From Narcine bancroftii (Eukaryota), in the NCBI RefSeq assembly GCF_036971445.1, contig NC_091472.1:121892001-121956000 (forward strand): DNA of 64,000 nt, read 5' to 3'. How positions within the stretch are numbered: the stretch's first letter is position 1; every line of letters starts with the position of its first letter. The position numbers were made by a program, and so were the translations under genes. The notes under the pieces were generated by a model, which was not told the origin of the DNA, ran no database searches, and was given only the letters and a program-made list of their open reading frames with translations. Shown piece after piece: positions 48,185-61,639 of the stretch.

Positions 48185-48995
48185 AATTTTTTTAATGTTT
48201 TTGTGAATAATTTATTTATAATTTTGCCAATAATTCACAGTAGAACAATTACATTCACCAAGTATATTCACATTTCTTTTGCTGAGTCTGGTTATATCCC
48301 CCTCCCCCCACAACAGAAAACAAGAAAACAAAACATTAAACATTTAAATAAAGAAACAATCTTACATAAAAAGGCAAAAACGCTCATTTAACACAAAAAG
48401 CGAAGACAAATAACATTTTTTTAAAAAAACACACATCCTCCAGGTCTCCTACTTAGCCTGATTGGAATGGACCCCCCCCCACCCTCCCCCCAGAAGAGGA
48501 AGGACAAGCACAGTGGACCGTATTATATCCTTGCACCTATGTAACGCAAGTATGGTTGCCTGATTTTAAGAAAAGTTTCATATTTTTTCCATAAATTATA
48601 CATAATTTTCTCCAGGGGAGCACAGCTCTGCATTTCCGAATTCCAGCGCGCCATGCCTCGATGAGAGTCTGATTCCAAGTAATCGCTATGCACTTCCTGG
48701 CCACCGCCAAAGCAGTCAATACAAATTGGATTTGAATTTTTCCCTGTGTTCGGTGTACGTGAAAATAAACAATGCAATTCAAGTTTTGGTTACCTATTAT
48801 TTGACTTAACGATACATATATCTATATTATATCTTTATATTAATTATTTTGAGGATGGGGTTTGGGGGGGAGGAAGGTTTTTTGGGGGGGTATTGTATAC
48901 TGTCATGCATGTAGTTATAGTCTTTTTTCCCTTTGTAACTTGTACTATTACATCAATCTTTGACTGCTACATGTATGGAGGAAATATTTAAAAAA
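48185..48995. mobile_element. Two back-to-back L1 3' ends (48185-48745 minus, 48745-48995 plus)
   Basis: TALAVARKCIAITW..CAPLEKIMYNL..FLKIRQPYL on minus with a T-run at the left. G/T-rich UTR with an A-tail on plus. Confidence 0.7.
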
Positions 48996-49830
48996 TGAAA
49001 CAAGGGAAGTATGGAGGTATTGAAATAATTGGACAGCTCTTCCAAAGAGCCAGCAGCATCAAAATGGGCACAATGGCATTCTTCTGCCCAGTATGATTCT
49101 CAGTCGATATGGGTTGGATTCCAGCCCACAATCCATGTGGGTTGGAAGAGCCTATTACCGTGTTGCATCACTAAATTAATTTAAAGATTAAACCAGGGGA
49201 GATTTCCAGGATTCCTTATGGAATAGTGCCATGGAATCTCAAACCCTGTCAAGAGAATGCAGGAATGAAAGGTTTATTTCTAGATCATTGAAAATGTGTC
49301 TGCTTTAAGAAGATTATTCAGATAAGATCATTCACACACTGAAACAGCAATTTAGCATACTCCACAGAAATTCTTCTGTCCCATTTCTTGAACTGAAATA
49401 CACCTGCCTGGACTGTGATTGGCTGCCTTGGAGATGTTCCCTTTGTAAGCACTGCTTTGCAATTACTGTTCACAGCAGTGAGTTATTACATTAAGACTTT
49501 TTCCAGCCAGGACTCTCCTTCTAGTTGAAGGATGGACAATGGGAACATAATCACAACAGGATTATCAAGTGATAATCTGCATTTGGCTAGCAGCAGAGAA
49601 CAGAATTAAGGTCAATTGAATTACTGCAAGCTTTATTTGGGAATTACTGTGCTCAAATACCATGACCGAGCAACAAAATTGTTACAGAACTTGCAGTGAG
49701 CATTATCAGACACTCAAGAATGGGCATTTATTTGGACTGGCATGGAAATGGCCACAGACCACAATACCAGAATGATAGCAACACCTTGCTAAGATAATGT
49801 GATGTCAACAAATGACATTAGAAAACCCCT

Positions 49831-50874
49831 TTCTTCTTTCTTTGGCTTGGCTTCGCGGACGAAGATTTATGGAGGGGGTAAAAAGTCCACGTCAGCTGCA
49901 GGCTCGTTTGTGGCTGACAAGTCCGATGCGGGACAGGCAGACACGGTTGCAGCGGTTGCAGGGGAAAATTGGTTGGTTGGGGTTGGGTGTTGGCTTTTTC
50001 CTCTTTTGCCTTTTGTCAGTGAGGTGGGCTCTGCGGTCTTCTTCAAAGGAGGTTGCTGCCCGCCAAACTGTGAGGCGCCAAGATGCACGGTTTGAGGCGT
50101 TATCAGCCCACTGGCGGTGGTCAATGTGGCAGGCACCAAGAGATTTCTTTAGGCAGTCCTTGTACCTTTTCTTTGGTGCACCTCTGTCACGGTGGCCAGT
50201 GGAGAGCTCGCCATATAACACGATCTTGGGAAGGCTATGGTCCTCCATTCTGGAGACGTGACCCATCCACCGCAGCTGGATCTTCAGCAGCGTGGACTCG
50301 ATGCTGTCGACCTCTGCCATCTCGAGTACTTCGACGTTAGGGATGAAAGCGCTCCAATGGATGTTGAGGATGGAGCGGAGACAACGCTGGTGGAAGCGTT
50401 CTAGGAGCCGTAGGTGGTGCCGGTAGAGGACCATGATTCGGAGCCGAACAGGAGTGTGGGTATGACAACGGCTCTGTATACGCTTATCTTTGTGAGGTTT
50501 TTCAGTTGGTTGTTTTTCCAGACTCTTTTGTGTAGTCTTCCAAAGGCGCTATTTGCCTTGGCGAATCTGTTGTCTATCTCATTGTTGATCCTTGCATCTG
50601 ATGAAATGGTGCAGCCGAGATAGGTAAACTGGTTGACCGTTTTGAGTTTTGTGTGCCCGATGGAGATGTGGGGGGGCTGGTAGTCATGGTGGGGAGCTGG
50701 CTGATGGAGGACCTCAGTTTTCTTCAGGCTGACTTCCAGGCCAAACATTTTGGCAGTTTCCGCAAAGCAGGACGTCAAGCGCTGAAGAGCTGGCTCTGAA
50801 TGGGCAACTAAAGCGGCATCGTCTGCAAAGAGTAGTTCACGGACAAGTTTCTCTTGTGTCTTGGTGTGAGCTTG
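49831..50874 (-). mobile_element. Young 5'-truncated RTE-clade LINE
   Basis: QAHTKTQEKLVRELLFADD..FTYLG..QLRWMGHVSRM..FPCNRCNRVCLSRIGLVSHKRACS, one frameshift, (gaa)-rich tail. Same family as 23564-24933. Confidence 0.96.
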
Positions 50875-51690
50875 ACTGCTAAAACACCTAATGGCCACTG
50901 TTTAATTTATTTGAGTATAGTTACCACAAAAATATCTCATGCAGTATTTATACAGAATATCTAGTTATTGATCAAAGAAATTGGCTGAGAGATCATTATA
51001 TATCCAGCTGCATGGTTAGGAAGCAATTAGCGCAACACTGTTACAGCATCAGTGACCCAGGTTCTAATCCACTGCTATCTGTCAGGTGTTTGTACATTCT
51101 CCCCAAGTCCACCTAGGTTTCTTCTGGGTGCTCCAGTTTCCTCCTACATTCCAAGGTTATTTGGACCCTTGAGTGTATTTGGGTGGAGTGGGCTTGTGGG
51201 CCCAAAGGGCCTATTATCGTGCTGTTTCATTAAATTAATTTTAAAATTAAACCAGGGGAGGGGGTAGGGGGTAGGGGGGGTGGGGGGAAAGAAATTTCCA
51301 GGATCCCTTATGGAATAGTGGCATGGAATTTCAAACCCAGCCAAGAGAATATACACAAGTCCTCAATTTAACTTCTCAAGAGAAAAGAGGCACTAACAAC
51401 AGCGCGGTGCTACCTCCTGTGGTGAAAAGGTGATAGTTACATGAATGAATGAAGTTTATTGTCATATACCGAAGTACAATTTCTAAATGCACTGAAAGTC
51501 TAACTTGCCAGTTTCCCCAAGCACACGTTAGCCTAATGTGTCTAATCATCAATTATCATAAACAGTGATCCCAGTTTTCCTTCTCCCAGTGTTTCTAATT
51601 CATTCATCTTCTTACACCTCCTTCAGTTTTCTGTCACTCTATAGGACATGCATCCAGCCCTTGCATCACTGAATCACCCTTGTCATCCAC

Positions 51691-51907
51691 TCTAGACAGC
51701 ACCTAATAGCCTGAATACACTTGGGATTGTCTGATCTCGGAAGCTGAGAAGGCTCTGGCCTGGTCGGTACTTGGAGGGGAGACCATCTAGGATCACCAGG
51801 TGCTGTGAGGGGCACTGGACAAAGTGGCGACTCTCTGTCTGCCTTACAGTAGACAGAAGTTAAAAGAATTTCAGGTATGTTACGAGACAATAGTGGAACC
51901 TTTACCT
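51691..51907 (+). mobile_element. 5S rRNA-derived SINE (SINE3-type) / 5S pseudogene head
   Basis: gcctgaatacac..gtctgatctcggaagct..ggcctggtcggtacttggaggggagacc..accaggtgctgt matches 5S rRNA over about 51691-51810. Followed by about 95 bp of non-5S sequence ending gacaatagtggaacctttacct. Confidence 0.85.
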
Positions 51908-53446
51908 AGATCACTTACCTTCCCTTTGGTTCTCTTTCCCTTCCCTTTCAGAATCTTAACACGTGCTCTCCCTCTGACTCATTCCTAGTTCTGATGGAAC
52001 ATTTCTCTCTCCATAGATGCCGTCTGACCTGCTTTGTACCTACGGCATTTCCTCATTTATTTTTCATTCTGGGTCCCAGGAGAATGACTCCAAGTCAAGC
52101 CAAAAGCAAGAAGTGGGCTACGGCCAGCTACTAATCAAGCAACATCACTTCTTAAAAATTGCTGCAAAGCTAATTTCACAAGACAGATAATCTACCTTCT
52201 GCTACTCCCACACAAAAGCTAAAAGTTAATGCCTGTATTAAAGCAGCATGGATATACTGCAAATGTAATGCAAGCACATTCAACTAAGAACAAGTCAGAA
52301 ATTCCAGCCCAGATACAAACAGCACAATCTAAATCTAATTTCTCAGACTTTATCTTCGCCAGCTTTGATTTTATTTGTGCAGTGTTGAAGGTGACAGGAA
52401 AGGCTGCTTACGGGCTCCTCCCAACCATCCTTCCTGAAAGCACAGTCATGGTTATTCAAGGGCCTTGCTCATTGACAGCACTCACATCAGACATGGACAG
52501 TTCAATCAAGCCCTGGTGGGAAGCCCTGGCTTCACACTGTGACACTCTTGTCAAGCTCAGCATTAATTAGTGCAGATTGAGCAAGTTCCCCGCGGACGTT
52601 TGCACGGAAGGAGGCGAGTAAGAAATGGAGGGGTCTGTGCGCTGTGGGTAGGTGCTGGGCCACTGGTACTGGCTGTTTAAGTGCACCAAAGGGGTAATAG
52701 CAGGGATGAGATTCTCCAAACTCAGCAGCAAGGAAGAAACAAAAACAATGTGCTTTTATACAGCACCCTTCATGTCCTTGGAACCCATTACACCAAATGA
52801 TATTTTTATTTCTTAAAGTGTGTCATGTGTTCTATTTAGCTGCAGATAGGAAAGAAGGCAGTTAATTTATACACAGCAAGATTCCACAAGCATAATAAGC
52901 AGCCATTTCTCCCCTCCCCCCGTAATGGTTGTTGAAGACTAAAATAGTATGAACTTAATGTTGAGGTTGCCCGCCCAGTATCCACTATTTAAATTCAGAG
53001 AAAACACGTTTCATAAGTTTCATTTGACGCAACATTCCTCGATAACCCTCTCTCATTCATCCACTAAGAATCAGGAGGAGAGTTAATATTTGAACTAATG
53101 AACAAAGGCAGTTGATATACAAAAGACTTACACAGTGCAAATCAGCATTTCCTAGCTATTCAGTGCACAAGAGCCAAGCAATTCCTCCAAGGCAGCTCAC
53201 TGCTGGGGCCAACACACCAAGCAGCTGGTCACATGCTCCAACTCTTAAAGAGGTAGACAAGCCACAAACGCTGCACTGATCAGCCCACAAATCCCTGGTC
53301 TCACTTGCCACAGTGTTGTGGAATGCCTGATGGCCCAATAATTGCACCGCAACAGTGTAGCAACCTCTTGATGCCCGGGTTGAGAGAACGCGCGCATTGT
53401 CCCCCAAACCAGGAGAGCCGCATGCAGAGTCACAGTGATGTCATAA

Positions 53447-53984
53447 GCCGCTTTCAGGTGGACTAGCTGGGAGAATGCGGCTCCAGAGCCGGATGCGGGT
53501 GTGTGCGAAGCGACTTTCAGGTGGCAGCGCTGAAGACGCTGTTCTGGCACCTGAAAGGTCCACAGCGGGGAGAGGCACCTCAGAGCAAACGCCAGCTCCT
53601 GTCGACTGTGGTAGTAGTCCCACCTGTTTTCAGGTGCCTAGAGGGAGCGCTCGGAAGCAGAGAATACACCTACCCGGGGAGGGTTGGGTAAGTACTCCTC
53701 GGGTCAGGGTTCTCCACTTTCAGCCACATTTGGGTATTTTAGGTGGCTTTATGTTGGGGCCACCTCACTGTCAAAAGACAAAGGAGGAAAAACCCAACAC
53801 CCAACCCCAACCAACCAATTTTCCCTTGCAACCGCTCAACCGTGTCTGCCTGTCCCGCATCGGACTTGTCAGCCACAAACGAGCCTGCAGCTGACGTGGA
53901 CAAGTACCCCTCCATAAATCTTCGTCCGCGAAGCAAAGCCAAAGAAAAGAAGATGTTGGGGCATTCTGGCCACCTGAAAGCAGC
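53447..53984. mobile_element. PIF/Harbinger MITE
   Basis: TIRs gccgctttcaggtgg / ccacctgaaagcagc. TAA TSD at 53444-53446 and 53985-53987. Internal repeats of tttcaggtg. Confidence 0.9.
53761..53952 (+). mobile_element. RTE 3' end nested in the Harbinger MITE
   Basis: KRQRRKNPTPNPNQPIFPC. Perfect 10-bp TSD atgttggggc at 53751-53760 and 53953-53962. Confidence 0.95.
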
Positions 53985-54039
53985 TAAACACTTCATGAAA
54001 AGGGACAGGGATTTCAGAACCGTGAGGAAACCCACTGAT

Positions 54040-54390
54040 TCCATAAGCAAATGTGCTGGAGAAACAGCACATTATAGGAAGAAAAAGGTACCCAATGTTT
54101 CAGGCCTAAGCTTTTTTTTAGGAATTGGGTAGAGCAGGGAGATATCTGAATTAAAAAGATTGGGGGGAGGAGAGTGGAAGGAAGAAGAGCACAGCCACAC
54201 AGTTAAGAGGTAAGTAGGTGGTCATGTGTGGGAGAGTAAGTGAAAGAGGCCGATAGGGTGAGAGGGCAACTCTCTGAGAGGAGAAGGAAGGGAAGGGGGT
54301 GGGGAGTTGGAGGAAAAGACAGAAGGATAGGGAAAAAGTGAGACTGGGCAAGGGAAGACCTACTCATTTACGATCTAAGCCTCCCACCTT
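54040..54390 (-). mobile_element. Penelope-like 3' end fragment
   Basis: gtgctggagaaac..aatgtttcaggcctaagc motif and a purine-rich body like 4340-4640. Confidence 0.6.
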
Positions 54391-56589
54391 AATGACTGGA
54401 AAGGGAATTGTACCAGCAAACTTCCACTCACAAGGCAAGGGTGTCACCATCGACCATAATTGTGTCAAAATTTCTAATGATATCAGATTTAAGTTTCAAG
54501 TTTAATTTTTGTTTCTGGGGTTGGGTCAGCAGAGGGAGGACAAAAAGCTTTGCAATGGGTAGATTGTGTTAAATGTAGATAAATGGGAAGTAGCAGTTTT
54601 TTGTTGGAAGAACATACACACCAATCAAAAAAGAACAGCATCTGTGGAGAGAAATGAAGAGTCAACGTGTTGGGTTGGGGGTTTACTGCCCCGGATCCCA
54701 TCATTTGCAGTCTCCTGACTCCCATTAAAGGTTGAGTTAAAGGGTAGCAAGAATAAAAACAACAAGCAATAAGAGATGGGGCAGAAAAAAAAATTTGGGA
54801 GCTCATGCTAAGCTGGAATCAAACTATGGTTATACTTCACTTACTCTAATCAGAACTGCATGCTTTCCTTTAAAAAAGATGTATGACTCAAAGATAGTCT
54901 GACTTTTCGTGCATTTTTTTATAGTAATGTTGTAAGATAGTTATAATATGAATGTTTGCTCCATGACGCTGCAGCAAACACCGAATTTCGTGACTTGTTC
55001 ATGACAATAAATCCTGATTCTGATTTTCAAGGATGATTACAGAAATGTGAGAATGGATAAATCAAGAAAAGATGCACACACTGTGTTGCTCTGCACTTGA
55101 GAAGGACAAGGAGGGGCTTAGAGGTTTAAAAATGATCAAAGGTTTTAAGAATGGATGCAGGGAGAACATTTCTACTCCTGGGCAAGAACACAACTAGAGG
55201 CTGGCAATGTCAACAAGAAATCTAGGAAGAACTTAGAAGAACATATTTACCCAAAGTGTGAAGAGTACGTAGAACTTGTTCCCTCAGGGAGTTGTGGAGG
55301 TGAATCGAATGAACACATTTAAAGGAACGATAGCCAGAAAACGAGGTAGGAGGAAATTGATTGATTTAGTGAGGAAAGATGAAAAGATCAAATGGGACAT
55401 GTCTGGGGCACACAGAACATTTCTGAACTATATCTCTCATGATTATTAATCAGTGTATCCACTGCTGCAAAGCCACATTGATCATGATACCATTGTATTT
55501 CAGTATGTTGAAATGTCCGATACTCCAATAATAGCACCTAAGTTATGGCAGTAATTGCAATTTCAGAACTGACCAATCAAGCTCCCTTGCTGAAAACATT
55601 GGAATTGATATTGGTCTAAAGTTTGATGTATCAGCCTTTCTGAAGGTGCACAACTCAGATAAAACTGTAGAGTCAAGGTTAATGAGTCCTGTGTCAAATA
55701 AACCCCTCACAATAGCAAGCCACTGAGAGATATTCCATAAGGGACAATTAGCCTGATCTCAATATGCCAGTCTTACGCCACAACATTACAAGCTGCACTC
55801 TTGATAGTACTGTCAATATACAAACGAGGGAGCATAAATTAACTAAATTGTCTACTTTCTTTTTAATAAATTGATTATATCAAGAATCTTTGTTATCTGG
55901 ATATCATGGTTTAGATAGAACCTTGGAAAGCACAGAGATTTTATAGATATAAATAAATATATATATTCAAAGTACACTTCCAATATTATGTTGATTGTGC
56001 ATTGTTGTAAGTGATACTAGAGACTTTGATACCAGTGAGCAGCACCAACATGCAGAACCACTCTTGTAACATGTGTCAGACCACTTTATGATGAATGAAA
56101 TGCATTTCCTTTGGACTCCATGCATCAACCATGTTCAGTGAGGGGGATGGGGTGGGGGTTGTGTCTGGCTTCAGATGAAACAGTTGGTTTTACAGCTAAC
56201 AACATTTATTTACACCAAAAACAGTGCAAAGAAAAGAGGAAAAAGTAAACAGGAAACTGCAGCAACATTTCAAAATCAAGCAGAAGTGCAATGACTGGCA
56301 GACGGCTACAAATGAATTATAGACTTTGATTCAATCCAGTTTATTTGCAAGAATGCAATCACTAAGCTTGGCCGATAGCAAAATGACCAGTAATGCCCAT
56401 TCTGTCTTGGTATACTATTGTCATATTAAGCTATTTTGTTTAAATATCAGCAGCTATTTTGAACAGAGTAAGCTCACACACAGCAATATGTCGATGACAC
56501 TGCTGTTGTTAATAGAACTGAGGCATAGACATGAGCAACAAATTCTCTTACTTGCATCTGGGACCACGGGAAAGACCCAATTAAATGGC

Positions 56590-57000
56590 ACATGCCCCGT
56601 GAACCATTATAGTGAAAAGTTTTATTTTGTGTGCTATCCAGCCAAGTCAATTCATATAGAAGGCAGTGCAATAATAAACAGATAAGTAACAGTAAAGGGA
56701 GTAATGAAATTATGTCAAGTTGTTCAGAGAATAGAGAAAAGGACAACTGAAGCCATGCACGGCATCATCTTTTGCCAAATAAGAGATCCATCTACAAGTA
56801 TGATAACAGCAGGGAAGAATTTTTTTCAGGCGCATGCACCTTCTGCCTGTACGGAAGAGGGGAGGGGGAGAGAAGAGGGTGTGACGGGAATGGGATGGGT
56901 CCTTTAATATGTTGGTCACGTTCCGGAGGCTGCAGGAGGTGTGAACAAAGTCAATGCATGAAAGGAAAGTTTGATGCAATCATGAGGATCCAATCAACAA
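56590..57000 (-). mobile_element. Rex1/Babar 3' fragment
   Basis: CSLRNVTNILKDPSHSRHTLFSP..TGRR on the minus strand. Confidence 0.7.
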
Positions 57001-60000
57001 GATGGAGTCTTCTACTTTTGTGATGGGAGAGTGTTGTATGTTTTCAAAAACCAATGATGCGGTGGTTGGCAGGACCCCTCCTGGACCATATCTGGTGAGT
57101 GGTGGTGGTTTCTCAAGTCTGCTCAGAAACAGCTGAGCTTGGACTATTCATACTGAAATGCAGTTCGACTTGGACTGAGCATGAAATCATAATATATAAA
57201 ACGAGATGAGACGTTGGCCTCATTTTTTTTTAACATTAAAAGCTACAACACCAATGAGCAAAGTAGATGGGCTTTTCCTTCAGTCTCAAGTTTTGAAACC
57301 TGGTGAAGGGAGATCGTTTTTGGCCAGTGGGACAATCTCCCATTGAGGAAGGTGCCAAGCTGACACCTTCCACACTGCTGCAGTTCTTCAAATACTTTCT
57401 GATGAAGGCAGATCGTTTTGTTAAAAAAAATCTTGCACGGAGCTGCTGTCAAACTAAATCACGTGAGGGATGTTACTAAGGCAGAACCTGATTCCCCAGA
57501 GTAGGAGTGTTCAAGATTCGAGGTTTAATTCTTAAAATTATTTTAAATGTAATTTAGAGATTATTTTCGGACGAGGCACAGACTAGAAGGGCCGAATGGA
57601 TCTGTCTCTGATGGTTCTATATAGCACGGAACCGGCCCTTCCAGCCCAGGAGATTTACTAACTCCGCACATCCTTGGAGCACCCTGCTGAAGCCCACGAG
57701 GTCACGGGTAGGACCGTCAAACCCCTTACAGACAACGGGGATGCTAGTGTGAAACAGCGTTGGGCTAACCGTGCCATTTAAAGTGAGATACAAAATATTT
57801 AAACATCTTCCCACAGACGGCGGTGGGTTATATGTAGAACAAGCTGCCAGAAAACTGCCGCCAGTGTGGGGATTTTAAAAAATCGTGTGGACTGTTACTT
57901 GGATAGGAAAGTTTTAAAGGGGCACGGGCAAAGGGGACGAGCTCAGCGGGCCAGCATGGACCAGTTGGGCCAAAGGGCCTTATAATACTCGTTGTGACTC
58001 AATCTAGAGGCCCGGGGGGCAGCCCTAAGAAGAAGGGCTTAACTCCAAACACAGCACATAGAAAGGTCGAAATCCGTTTCAATGTGGAAATATAGCAGCC
58101 TGTTGCAGTAACGAGGTGACAGATACCCGTTTGCCACTTATTGGGGTTTATAGTTGACTCCAGTCAACACCTCACTGCCCAGCCAGCCAACAGTTGCACC
58201 AATGTCTTCTCCGGAATGCCAGGAATACATAAAAAGAAATGACAGATGTGACAGAAAATTAAAATTGAGTCTAACAATCACCCAGGGGTCCAAATAAAGC
58301 CAACCCTCCCTCCACTGGCATGCCAAAAGGGGGAGGAACAGGGTCTGTTTTCCCCATTAGACGTTAGGAGAGGGAGACGTTCGGCTCGTGGTGGGAACAG
58401 ACTGTTCAACTGTTCAGGCGTCTGCTTCATTCTCGGCACTCCCGTCCAAAACATGGACGCTTTTTCCTTCCTGTGGATGCTGCGCGACCTGCTGAGTTTC
58501 TCCCACACTTTGATGTGCTGAATAGATTGCTCAACCGGGAACCAGCGTGGAGCAAGTGCCTTCCTTTCTTGAACATTACAGCATAATACAGGCCCTTCGG
58601 CCCACGATTTTGTGCCGACCTACATAAACCTTCTCCACAATCGCAACCTTCCCTTCCTCACATCCATAACCTATTTTTTCCCCCTCCTCGCATCCATGTG
58701 CCCCACCACGAGTCTTTTAAATGCCGCGAAACGTTATTCGGTTCCAATCCAATTCCCTGCTGCGAATGGAATCAGATTCAATAGGAATTGGAACACATCT
58801 AAATCGCACCGTTGCCGGGCGGTAGAGAAGGCGTGAGCCCTTGACTGGCTGCGAGACCACAATTATTGCCTTCAGGTGCCGTGGGTTGAAGTCCCACTCC
58901 TGAGACTGTCACTCCAGACTGACCGCCGGCAGGGCAGTCAACGCTGTCGAAGAGGTTGCTTCTGAACTGAATGATAAATCAAGCCCTTGAATGCATTCTC
59001 AAGCAAGCACAAAGCATCCCCCGAGTCTAAAGTCTGTCTTCACGGGTGAGCGAGGAGGTACCGGTCAGGTAATCCCCGTCTTTTTTCAACCCCCCGAAGA
59101 ACAGAACCTGCACCTCTGGTTTTGCTGGGGAATTGCATCGAGTTGTTTCATCTCTAAGGTTACCTGGAGTGGAACAGGCTGATCAGAGACCCTCCGTCAA
59201 ATTGCTCCAAACTAAACAAATAACCAACCCCAAGTCCCGACCAGGGATAATTTCACTCTTTGACCACAGGTCGCATTGAACGATCGGACCCCTCCTGATT
59301 AGAAATGTTGTTAATTGTGCGATAAAGGTAGCAACCATTCTCCCAGAATACGTCTCAGGTCGAAACTGTGGGGAGATTTCAGATAAAGGTTCACCGCTTC
59401 CGATTAGGGGCGAAATCGTCGGTTTAAGTGTCCTCTGTTTAAGGACTTGTATTTCATGGGCTGGCGAGAGTGCCGCCTCGTTACTTGCAAGAAAAATACC
59501 CACGTCATTCATTCTCACAGGAGGGCCTTTTCTCACAGTATAAAAGGTGCCACGGTGATAATGTTTCTCTCTCACTCGAGTACAGTAAGGGGAAGAATTC
59601 CTTGCTCCGGCTCAGAGATGCGTGCGTGCGTGTGTCCAGTGTTTGTAGGCGTCGGTGTGAGCGCGCCAACTTGAATCACTGAATGTGTGTCACTGTATCA
59701 GTTTAAAAATATTCTTAAAAGTACACCGTTGTATGTCATAATGTACTTGTCCGTTTCAGCTGGATTTAACATTGGAAGGGATGGCATTCGGTCCTTACTA
59801 CTCCATGGCTACTCTCTCTCTCTCTCTCTCTCTCTCATGCCCACAGCTCCCAGGCTCAGTCCCCATTTGCTCTCATCCTTCCCATCCACGGCTCAATCCC
59901 TTGCCTCTCAGCTGCCCTCCCTCCAATTGACCTCCATCTTCCGCGCCATCCCAGCTCCCTCCAGGAAGGAGACTGTGTTCTGGTAACAGCACCCACTCCT

Positions 60001-60382
60001 GCCCGCAGCGGCACCCAGGAACCAAGACGGAGTTTCCATAGGACGGCGCCGTAAATGAAGGGGGAAAAAAATCCTTAATTTCCACGACGTGTAGTTTCCC
60101 CAGAGATCGAAGATAAAAGTAGAACTGAGTTGCAGAGAATAGGGCGGAGAACCACACCATTTCCTCTAAGTCTTTAAATATTGCAGACAGCCCATTTTAG
60201 TCTGAATATTGGGGAGGCAGATGAAACGGAGGGGCAAACGGAATGAAGGGAGAGTTCCACATAGACCATCAAGAGGGACATCGGTTCCCCTAGTGAGATG
60301 AAGTTGTCCACCGGGGTGACAGTGGGTGTCTCCCGCTCAGCACGGACACGGGCTCGGCTCAACTACCGGTCGATTCTCTTAC

Positions 60383-60735
60383 CTGCTCGGACGTAGAGGC
60401 AGCCACATCGGAAGGAATCCGGAGCCGCTGCAGCTTCGAGCAGGAGTTGGCCTCTGCTCTCCTGCGATCTTCTCCCCTCTTCCCAGTCGACAGTGGCCAA
60501 GCCGAGGATTGGGAGAGCAGCGCACAACTCTCTCTCTCTCTCCACACACACAGACACAGCCCAGTCCCACCAACTCTGGTGAGCGATCACGCACCAGCGC
60601 CAAGTCTCAACGGGGTTTCCTTCTTAATTCTAAAGAGGAAAGCGCAGCGGTGAAGCTCATTTAGTCTGATGTGCAAAGGGACACGCTGTCTGTCCGTCAG
60701 CTCTCGCCTTTCTTTATTCCCTCTCTCCCTCTCTG
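60383..60735 (-). other. Putative first (mostly 5' UTR) exon of an unidentified minus-strand gene
   Basis: Consensus donor CAG|GTAAGA at 60383/60382 in the island core. TATA-like tttaaat at 60765-60759. GA/GT-repeat leader. Confidence 0.45.
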
Positions 60736-61639
60736 CTCCCCTGTACTCTGGAATCTGAATTTAAACACAACCCCTGTCCGCTCTCATAGAACACGCAGGC
60801 GTGCACACACCGCTTAAAGCAGGGCACCTCCACCTCCAACTCATCGAAGGGGGAAAAATGATTGAAGCACCGTCTTCAGATCAGCGTGGGAGTGATCCAC
60901 GTTATTGCATTCGTCCACGAATTAACAACGGCGACGGAATCGCGGGGCGGATGGAGGCGGGGGAGAACCCAGCACACAGCAATGTGTGTGTGAGCATTAA
61001 GCCAAAAGCAATCAGGGGGCGAACCTTTGCAAAGGAATGGTGAAACTCTCTCCCCCAAATTTGTCGGCACTGCGATCTGCACGAGTGCTGGTTGAAAAAG
61101 GGCGAGGGTTTCGTTCCGCAGGGCAACACTGTGCGGGTCTGCCTGGTGTCGAGCAAACTCACTGCGGCGCCGAGTCACCTGCACCTGTTCCCAGACACGA
61201 TTGATAAGAGAGGGGGAAACAAGGACCGGAAGGGATTTTTGACACAAGTTCAGCAGTTAAAATAAAAACATTGGAGAAATATTTGGAGGAGAAAAGTTTC
61301 AAGGTTAAACAGAAAGGGACAGGAGGATTGCGACTAACTGCTGGAATTAAAACAAAATAGCGACGGCAGATTTTGGAAATCTAAAATAAAAATTAATGAA
61401 TTTATTGTCATACACATGGTACAATGTACCAATGCACTGGAATTCTTACTTGCTGAATACCTACTTCATGAGGTATAAAACAGGAACTGCTGGAAACAAG
61501 GGGCAGGAATGGCAGCGCCTGAGAAGCGAGGAACAGAGGATCAGGTCGATATCATTGATCCAGACTCCTCCATAGAATATTAACCATGGAATGAATGGCT
61601 TCCTCTGCAATATTTGGTGTAACTTCGCAAGTAATGACA

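Noticed and set aside
51400-51424. CTCF-like site (ccacaggaggtagca on minus)
   Set aside because: Several mismatches to the core by eye; cannot be supported without PWM scoring.
51691-51810. Functional 5S rRNA gene
   Set aside because: Many substitutions, degraded 5' end, no T-run terminator and not in a tandem array; treated as a SINE head or pseudogene.
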